From a virus (lineage: Duplodnaviria; Caudoviricetes): a stretch of 64,000 nucleotides of DNA. Both the position numbers and the translations under genes were made by a program. Location of the stretch: IMG/VR virus record IMGVR_UViG_3300003937_000325; one strand, written 5' to 3'. The notes under the pieces were generated by a model. It made no database searches. It saw only the letters and a list, made by a program, of their open reading frames with translations, and was not told where the DNA came from. Positions 56,793-64,000 of the stretch are shown here, piece by piece (positions within the stretch are counted from its first letter, which is position 1; each line of letters opens with the position of its first letter).

Positions 56793-59700
56793 TTAGCAAC
56801 CTCCTCCGATTCCACTACAATTACCACCTAAACATGTTAAGAAACTTGTTACAACACCGTTACTAACATTAAAAACACATCCCGTATCTGAAACAAATGC
56901 TCCGTTACCTAACAGTACGTAGTTACCACCACTAAAGGCGTAAACCGAATTACCTGTAGGACAATCTAAGAACGTAGATGTTAGTACATCTGTAAAATAT
57001 TCAGTAGTTGGAGTGTCCCCACCAATAAAGGCATTACATGGTTGTGAGGAACCTCCTCCGTGAAGTCCGAAGAATAGACCTAATGAGGCATATCCTGGAG
57101 GTGTCGTATCACATGGGTCAAAACCTGTAATGAAATTACCAGAAGGACAATCATTATACATTACTTCTTCAGTACCAAATCCTAAATCTTTTACCACTCT
57201 AACCCAACTAACATCAGAGTGACAAGATGAACCCCCAGTACAGTTTTGATTAGGTCCTGAAAATATACATGCACAATTAAACGAGAAGTCAATAAGACCA
57301 CTAGAAGAAGCCGCCGCTATAGCCTGAGCCTGTGTCGAATCAATTGATAATTGACTATATCTATCCCTATTACTTTGACCAGGATAACCAGAACCCCCTA
57401 CTAAAGTAGAATCAGGTGGGTAATTTAGAAGGTCAGTAAATCCACCGTTATTATTCATAGATACCTGACCAATATTTATACCATTCGCTATAATATCAAA
57501 CCTCGCTCTATTACATGTGTGACCCCCATGACAAGGCGAACCGTTTGCAGAGCTCTGATTATATTCAACTATAAATGTTAGAGACTCAATACAAGTAACT
57601 AAAGGTAGTGTTGTCGGTGTAGGTGTTGGAGTCGGTGTTGGAATTAGAGTGGTTGTTGGTGTTGGAGTCGGAGTACTTGTTTGTGTTGGAGTTGGAGTCG
57701 GTGTAATATCATTACAACATATATCGTACACTATTTTAGTACTTAATCTAAAGTACACATTCTTTAATTCTTTACAGTCCGAAATAATTGTTATTAAATT
57801 TTGGTCAATATCTAATGTGAAACTTTCAATTTGCGGTATCGTTTTAAGTATCTCATCAATTGCGTTCATCCAATCTTGAGCACTAGGATAGTCACCTAAA
57901 GTAGTTCCTGTATAAAATGGGTTTTCTACGTGATAAGGAGGTGTCAGTGTACCACCTGAAAAATCAACTATAGCATAAAAAACGGCATTTACTAACGTAC
58001 AGTTCTGATGTCCAACAGTTAAATCAAGGTAACCCTCATTTAACATAGAACCAAAATCTCTAATACCCGCTGAAGTAGTAATAAAATCGTTTTCACATAT
58101 TTCATTTACTTCATAACATTCAACAATTTGATTGTTACAGTTAATAGTTACCGACTCCGTAGCACTACATCCGTTATCATCAGTAATAGTTGCGGTATAT
58201 GTACCACCACTTAAACCTGTAATTGACATCGTAGTCTCACCATTACTCCATAAAATATTAAATGGAGCAACTCCATCGCTAATACTAATATCTGCCATAC
58301 CATCATCACCTGTAACACATTCAGTAGGAAGTATTATAAAGTTTACTCCTGTAGATGGGGCGATTGTTATAGTTTGAGAAACTGTACAGTTTCTTACATC
58401 AATAACATTTAAAAGGTACGTTGATGGTGCCAACGAAGTAATTGACTGAGTATTTGATGGGTCATCAATAACGGAATAAACAACTGAACCCGTATTAACA
58501 TCAGTTAAGATATAATCAAATGGACCCTGTAATGGAACAGAACCCGCAGTTAGATTAATATCTATTATCCCATTGTTATCACCACAAGTACCATCAGTGA
58601 TAGTACTATTAACGTTAAATTTAACATTATTACTTATAGTTTTATCAGTACTATATGTACAGTTACCATTTTGAGATACAATTGTAACCGTATATGTACC
58701 TGAAGGTAAGTTATTAAAAGTATGACTTTGTGAACTAGTTGTTGTACTATCAGTAATTAAACCATTCGTAACCTCATAAGTGAAAATTCCCGCAGGTGCT
58801 GATATACTTATCGATATTGAACCATCATCGTTACAATCGGAATTAGTAACCCCTATATTAACAATGGTGAAACCTGCAGTTGAAGGTATAGACTGAATTG
58901 CCGTAACTGAACAACCACCCGCATCTGTAATAATAGTACTATTAAAACCTCCACATAATCCTGTAAATGATTCTGATAAATTATTAGAAGTTATTACTTC
59001 ACCTGCACTATTTTGGTATGTATATGGTGAAGTACCTCCCGATATTGTTACCACAACTTGACCATCACAATCAAAACAACCCGCTTGTGTTGGTACGGTT
59101 GAGACTATACCTAATGGGTCAGCTAACCCTACGTTAATACTTTGACTTAATCTACACCCTTCAGAATCTGTAACTTCAACACCCCACGAACCCACGGATA
59201 ATCCAGTTGCTGTTTGTGTTGTTTGTCCGTTGGACCACAAGTATGTGTATGGTGGAGTACCACCTAATAAATTAGTAACAGTCGCAGTACCCACACCAGG
59301 ACCACACGGAGAATCAGGAACAACTAAAATATTATAACTAATTGGGTCCGTACTTACAACTGTCGTATTTGTTGTTTGTGCGATTGCACCTCCAAAATCT
59401 GTAACAATACAGTAGTAGGTTGCGGGACCAATATTTGTAAATGTCTGTGTATTTGAAAAACTATTAAAAGATTGAAAAATAGTTCCCGAAACCGTATCGT
59501 ATAAATCATATTGAAATGGACTAGATAATGAATCATTTGTAACTGTTACAACTCCGTTGATATTTCCACATGTCGTACCTGAAGAAGTTATAGTGGCATT
59601 AAAACAACCTTCAACATTAACATTAATAACCACATCTTGATTAACCCCACCTGAACTATCTTGAAGTAAAAAGACATAACTACCTTCATCAACACCACCC

Positions 59701-61670
59701 CAACTAAATGGTCCGTTACCTGTTTGTTGACCTAATAGTAATCCACCCGCCGCAGTGGTTGACGTATTTTGAATAGTATATGGTTTTGTACCACCTGAAG
59801 GACTTATTAATATAATACCACCTTTAGGATTAGTACAAGTACCTGTAACTTCAAAACTATAAGTTATCGGACCTTCATCACAACTAACAACACATACGTC
59901 ACCACTAATTTGTACACCTTGCATCGAAACATTAATATCAACACATACCTCTAACCCTACTTCATTACCTTGTTGTAATCTTCCACAACAATCCGTATAC
60001 GTATAAAAACCATCTGTAATACCTGAAAAACAACCCTCCCCCACATTTGAAGTTGGTGTTGGTGTGGGTGTAGGCGTAGGGGTATAACTAGGAGGGACAA
60101 AGGGACTTGAAGTTGGTGTTGGTGTGGGTGTAGGCGTAGGGGTATAACTAGGAGGAACAAAGGGACTTGAAGTTGGCGTGGGAGTTAGAGTATTTGTGGG
60201 AGTAGGTGTAGGAGACAATCTAACTTCAGGTGAAGGTGTTGGTGTTGGCGTGAGAGTATTTGTAGGGGTAGGTGTGGGTGTAGATTCTTGACATATAATG
60301 TCAGTACACTTTATTGGCCCCACTGAAGCAACACTATTATCCCAATATATTATAGTAACATAAGGTTCTAAAAGTGGTTCATTAATTCTATTATAACACC
60401 CATTAACTCCACCTACATTTTCAAATAAATAGCCATTAAAAGGTGGGCTCGTATATAAATCATTATCAAAATCTATAACATTAAATCTAAATATTTTATT
60501 ACCTGAACACGCAGAAAAATAATAATATTCATCTAACTCAGAAACATTATTTTGACAATCAGTACAATTTTCATAAACGTTTGTTATTTCATGTCCTGAT
60601 GTTATATTAGTACTTATTAGTACTTGGTCAACTTTATCCGTTTCACCACCAAAACAGAACGTCTTACTTTCAACGAATTGCGGCGTTATAAATCCAGTTC
60701 CAAGCGGGTTACCCCACGTTAACGTTGAAGCACTAAAAGTACTTTGACCCTGATTTACCCCGTTACAATCATTACCAGATGGTTGAAATTTATATATATT
60801 ATTAAATGGATTATTAGAAACACAATCGGAACAATCAGAATACCAATTTGATACTATGTCGTAATAACCAACACCTAAAGTACCTGAATAGGGTTGTTGA
60901 ACATTATTAGGCTTTAAACACGGACCCCCCCATATTGAAGAATATGATTCTACCCTATCCCTCATATCACCAGAATATTGCACACCACTCGAATCTGTTA
61001 TTAAATTACCGTAACAATCATCGGACATTGTAACCCACCCATCATATAAACCGTTAAAGTAGTTTCTGGCGTTTGTTGCGAAATAGGGTATTTGTGTATA
61101 ATATGACCCTAAACCACTTACTAAGTCTGATGTAATAGAACTGGCATTATTAAAATCATAGTTTAAAACCCCATTATTAGTAATGTGACTATAATCATTT
61201 ACACTTGTTAGAAAAATAAAATCATACCTATTAGTATCCGCACCACCTATTACTTTTGATAAATCATTAAACGTATTTGCACTATAAAAATTAGTACTGT
61301 ATCTAGGAGATTTAAATGTCCCACTTGGACCTATTACATCAATATAGTTTTGAGCGAAAAATGTTGTATTAATATTAAACGTTGAACCTATATAAACCGC
61401 GACTGAAGTATCTGATACCTTACTCCAATATTCACCTGTAACCATTTGAGTGTCAAAAGGGATTGTTGCTGAACCTAAATTTGTAGCTTTCCAATATCTT
61501 GACCTAAATGACCAAGTTGTATCAGGGTTAGTAAGTAGATGGTTCTCCGTAAACGCTCTATTTAATCCTGCGGGTGTAGCCGCATCGGGCCAAGCCATAT
61601 ATACGGTAGAACCTGTAGTTGGTGAACCTACAGTCGCTATTTGTTCTAATTTAAAATATAAAGTCGCCAT
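56793..61670 (-). CDS. 1625-aa virion adhesin-like protein with tandem SprB-type repeats, Cys modules and Pro/Thr linkers
   Basis: series of ~70-80-aa repeats ([23 protein letters not shown]...VEVTD..GC; [15 protein letters not shown]...[16 protein letters not shown]). Confidence 0.75.
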   Translation of the reverse strand: MATLYFKLEQIATVGSPTTGSTVYMAWPDAATPAGLNRAFTENHLLTNPDTTWSFRSRYWKATNLGSATIPFDTQMVTGEYWSKVSDTSVAVYIGSTFNINTTFFAQNYIDVIGPSGTFKSPRYSTNFYSANTFNDLSKVIGGADTNRYDFIFLTSVNDYSHITNNGVLNYDFNNASSITSDLVSGLGSYYTQIPYFATNARNYFNGLYDGWVTMSDDCYGNLITDSSGVQYSGDMRDRVESYSSIWGGPCLKPNNVQQPYSGTLGVGYYDIVSNWYSDCSDCVSNNPFNNIYKFQPSGNDCNGVNQGQSTFSASTLTWGNPLGTGFITPQFVESKTFCFGGETDKVDQVLISTNITSGHEITNVYENCTDCQNNVSELDEYYYFSACSGNKIFRFNVIDFDNDLYTSPPFNGYLFENVGGVNGCYNRINEPLLEPYVTIIYWDNSVASVGPIKCTDIICQESTPTPTPTNTLTPTPTPSPEVRLSPTPTPTNTLTPTPTSSPFVPPSYTPTPTPTPTPTSSPFVPPSYTPTPTPTPTPTSNVGEGCFSGITDGFYTYTDCCGRLQQGNEVGLEVCVDINVSMQGVQISGDVCVVSCDEGPITYSFEVTGTCTNPKGGIILISPSGGTKPYTIQNTSTTAAGGLLLGQQTGNGPFSWGGVDEGSYVFLLQDSSGGVNQDVVINVNVEGCFNATITSSGTTCGNINGVVTVTNDSLSSPFQYDLYDTVSGTIFQSFNSFSNTQTFTNIGPATYYCIVTDFGGAIAQTTNTTVVSTDPISYNILVVPDSPCGPGVGTATVTNLLGGTPPYTYLWSNGQTTQTATGLSVGSWGVEVTDSEGCRLSQSINVGLADPLGIVSTVPTQAGCFDCDGQVVVTISGGTSPYTYQNSAGEVITSNNLSESFTGLCGGFNSTIITDAGGCSVTAIQSIPSTAGFTIVNIGVTNSDCNDDGSISISISAPAGIFTYEVTNGLITDSTTTSSQSHTFNNLPSGTYTVTIVSQNGNCTYSTDKTISNNVKFNVNSTITDGTCGDNNGIIDINLTAGSVPLQGPFDYILTDVNTGSVVYSVIDDPSNTQSITSLAPSTYLLNVIDVRNCTVSQTITIAPSTGVNFIILPTECVTGDDGMADISISDGVAPFNILWSNGETTMSITGLSGGTYTATITDDNGCSATESVTINCNNQIVECYEVNEICENDFITTSAGIRDFGSMLNEGYLDLTVGHQNCTLVNAVFYAIVDFSGGTLTPPYHVENPFYTGTTLGDYPSAQDWMNAIDEILKTIPQIESFTLDIDQNLITIISDCKELKNVYFRLSTKIVYDICCNDITPTPTPTQTSTPTPTPTTTLIPTPTPTPTPTTLPLVTCIESLTFIVEYNQSSANGSPCHGGHTCNRARFDIIANGINIGQVSMNNNGGFTDLLNYPPDSTLVGGSGYPGQSNRDRYSQLSIDSTQAQAIAAASSSGLIDFSFNCACIFSGPNQNCTGGSSCHSDVSWVRVVKDLGFGTEEVMYNDCPSGNFITGFDPCDTTPPGYASLGLFFGLHGGGSSQPCNAFIGGDTPTTEYFTDVLTSTFLDCPTGNSVYAFSGGNYVLLGNGAFVSDTGCVFNVSNGVVTSFLTCLGGNCSGIGGGC
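60047..60176 (-). repeat. 60-bp tandem duplication ([16 protein letters not shown] units)
   Basis: two near-identical 60-nt copies (one mismatch, ggagggac vs ggaggaac) plus a partial third. Confidence 0.85.
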
Positions 61671-64000
61671 TAACTACAATTGATTTTTACATTTACACCA
61701 ACGTTTACTGTTAGAGTTTTATTTGTGAATTCGGGGTCGCATCCTGTGTTACTTACTGTCAAAATATTATTACTGTCTATAGTATAGTTTAAACCACTTT
61801 GATATAAATACTGTAACTTATCATTCAACGCAATAATCCAATCAGTAAATGTCGGGTAATCTTGTCCACCAAGTCCCTCATAAAATTCCTCCTGCACTAA
61901 AATTGTTGAGTCTAATCTTACATCAACATACCATTTACTAACTAAACTGTTTAGTACACAGTCATTAATAGTGTACCCAGATTTATTAATACAACTATTA
62001 ATACTATTATTTAATATAGTGGGTATAGAACTTATATTAACATCACACGTCAATGTTTCGTCAATACAATCATTATCAAATAACTGACCGTAGTATATAC
62101 ATGGAATACAGTCAATAGGTATAATTTCACAACCTCTTTGTCTTCTCCAAACATGTTTTTGTCTTTGTAAAACATTGTTTACCATTTTCTGACCACCCAT
62201 CCATATTGTAGAGGCCGGAATCATCTGTTCAACTAATTTTGTCCAATAATCACCAATACCTAAAGTAAAATCAATCATCTTCTGATAAGTGTATTGATTT
62301 GAAGGTATATTTACCGCCGATTCCGATTGTAAATATTTCCAATATATGGACTGTAATGTTGGGTAACTGTTGGCCGCCCCATCACTAATAGTCTGTCTGT
62401 TTCGTACATTTATTAATGTATTATAAAACGTTTGAGCGAACTCGAAAAATGTTTTTTCCTGTGGTAGTGGATTAATAACGGTCCAATCTTTACCTCCAGG
62501 GTACGGATAAGGCGATGTTAAACCTGATGATGGAAATGGATATCCATAACGTCTAGACATTCTCCATATATCGTAGGTTATACCTTGCGCCATGTTTAAG
62601 TATAATTCAACATTTTTAGCGTTAAGTACTAATTTTTCATCAAACACCTCATAATACGCATTATACGCACCATCACGATTTCTCCTAATACCTGTTTCAG
62701 TATCATCCCATGATTTATTATTATCAATAGTTCTGGTTAACCCAAAACCAATATTCATATATGGGAACTTTCTAAATCTATCAAAATACTTTTGACCATA
62801 AGTAAAAGTCTCTAAAGATGTTTGTATACTAGGGTTAGCCCCTGTAAATGTTGAATTAGTAATATCAAGTTTTTCAATAGCTCTATGGTCAGGTGTCTCA
62901 ATATACCAACCCGCACCTTTTTCAAAGAAATATTCATTATTTGTTACGGGTCTCTTTGGATACCCATACTCATTCATAGGGTAATCCCCTCTTGTAGCAT
63001 CTGTTTGACTAACATATTTTGACGTAGTGAAACCTGTGTACGTAACACCTTGTATATTGTAAACTACATTCGGGTCTAAAGCGGGTACATCATCTACTTT
63101 TGTACCACCTGACAGTTTTAAGTATTCACCTTCAAATCTTTTTACATTTATTGGACCATCAGCGATGTATACTATTTCATTGAACTCAATCAAATCTTTA
63201 GGTGCCCCTACCATCCTCATAATTGCCTCAATAGAATGTCTTGTTCCTTTTGATTTAAATAGATAAGCCGAATTCAGTATCAAATTTCTATAAAATTGAA
63301 AATTTAACTGATTAGGTGTCGGGTCATTTTGAAAACCAGGATATATAGATTTATTTTTAGTCCCAAATATTGATGTTAAAAAATCTTCGTTAGTTATTGG
63401 TGAAATATTTGTATTCCATCCTAAAGTTTGTGCTAAATTTTGTAGTAATTCTGAAGGTATATCATTTTGAGGAGTATAATGTACTGAATTCATAAAAGAT
63501 AACGCATCTATGAATTTTTTAGACTCATCAAAACTTCTACCGTATAATTGTAAAACTTTTTCAACTTTTTTATCACCCGTATCAAAGTCTTTAAAAGCAC
63601 CTGTAGTTAAAAATCTAACTATTAAATCAGTTTTATACCTATCTATTACCTCACCAATTTCACTAACCTGTGTTAAGTAATTGTCAAATCTTAATGTTGA
63701 TATATCTAAATTCCATACCCCTAATTTAGGCCACGTAACCCTTTTTTTACGTTTTACGAATTGCCCATCATCGGTCTCTTCAACCATATCAAATATCGCA
63801 GTATATGGTGGGTTACTAAATCTATTTAATAAAAAATCTTCAATCTCATCAAAATCTTCTTTAAATGTAAATTCAGTATTGAATGATGTAGGTCTTAATA
63901 TTAGTGTATCTGTTGACGCGGTTAACCCACTAAATGGGTTACCTTTTACACTTACAGTAACAGTACCCGCAGAAACGTTTTGAGACGCCATAAAATTAAC
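61670..64000 (-). CDS. baseplate wedge-like structural protein, probably truncated at the right window edge
   Basis: [20 protein letters not shown] (Y..KGT..I motif of baseplate/tail-I-type proteins); frame is open upstream of ATG 63991 to the window end. Confidence 0.65.
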   Translation of the reverse strand, partial: VNFMASQNVSAGTVTVSVKGNPFSGLTASTDTLILRPTSFNTEFTFKEDFDEIEDFLLNRFSNPPYTAIFDMVEETDDGQFVKRKKRVTWPKLGVWNLDISTLRFDNYLTQVSEIGEVIDRYKTDLIVRFLTTGAFKDFDTGDKKVEKVLQLYGRSFDESKKFIDALSFMNSVHYTPQNDIPSELLQNLAQTLGWNTNISPITNEDFLTSIFGTKNKSIYPGFQNDPTPNQLNFQFYRNLILNSAYLFKSKGTRHSIEAIMRMVGAPKDLIEFNEIVYIADGPINVKRFEGEYLKLSGGTKVDDVPALDPNVVYNIQGVTYTGFTTSKYVSQTDATRGDYPMNEYGYPKRPVTNNEYFFEKGAGWYIETPDHRAIEKLDITNSTFTGANPSIQTSLETFTYGQKYFDRFRKFPYMNIGFGLTRTIDNNKSWDDTETGIRRNRDGAYNAYYEVFDEKLVLNAKNVELYLNMAQGITYDIWRMSRRYGYPFPSSGLTSPYPYPGGKDWTVINPLPQEKTFFEFAQTFYNTLINVRNRQTISDGAANSYPTLQSIYWKYLQSESAVNIPSNQYTYQKMIDFTLGIGDYWTKLVEQMIPASTIWMGGQKMVNNVLQRQKHVWRRQRGCEIIPIDCIPCIYYGQLFDNDCIDETLTCDVNISSIPTILNNSINSCINKSGYTINDCVLNSLVSKWYVDVRLDSTILVQEEFYEGLGGQDYPTFTDWIIALNDKLQYLYQSGLNYTIDSNNILTVSNTGCDPEFTNKTLTVNVGVNVKINCS

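Noticed and set aside
47169-61670. diversity-generating retroelement or invertase-based fibre switching
   Set aside because: no reverse transcriptase or recombinase in the window, no adenine-specific TR/VR pair and no inverted-repeat-flanked cassette seen
32439-63983. nested same-strand or antisense ORFs within structural genes (32439, 35112, 36644, 41590, 44185, 44534, 48376, 49072, 49807, 50470, 51589, 52027, 53773, 53982, 55631, 58132, 59354, 59957, 61450, 63681)
   Set aside because: alternative-frame or antisense by-products with no motifs or start signals
1-64000. stop-codon reassignment (common in some huge phages)
   Set aside because: recognisable enzymes are full length in code 11, and TAA, TAG and TGA all terminate genes; the one broken gene is a frame change, not an in-frame stop
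1-64000. tRNA, rRNA or group I/II intron sequences
   Set aside because: intergenic gaps are short and very AT-rich; I saw no cloverleaf-like or GC-rich structured segments beyond the small hairpins listed

Overview
AT-rich (~30% GC by eye), densely coded, mostly minus-strand segment of a very large (jumbo/huge) dsDNA bacteriophage read in the standard bacterial code. Canonical TTTG-N19-TAnnTTTG promoters, a Bacteroidota-type sigma70, an Hc1-like histone and SprB repeats point to a Bacteroidota host. Left half (1-29 kb): Dam-family methylase, DnaJ, probable head-associated proteins, a lysis module (amidase, candidate spanin), sigma factor, nucleotide-sugar enzymes, dCMP deaminase, Rad50/Mre11-like pair, mini-CorA, CysK, two lysyl-hydroxylase-like 2OG-Fe(II) oxygenases, exonuclease, primase and RuvC-like resolvase. 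Right half (29-64 kb): a tail/baseplate/fibre module with several proteins carrying mucin-like (P-T-x-T)n stalks of up to ~880 aa. Embedded in that module is a four-gene glycosylation cassette that includes a GT60-family polypeptide/hydroxyproline GlcNAc-transferase homologue. The main hypothesis is a phage-encoded mucin-type O-glycosylation system for virion fibres. Other highlights: an N-terminal cleavage-type Hint domain on a 2435-aa fibre, a TATTTAT late-promoter motif, a hairpin+ATAGCC leader element, several small genes missed by the ORF track, and apparent absence of GATC. All annotations come from manual motif recognition; no database searches were run.
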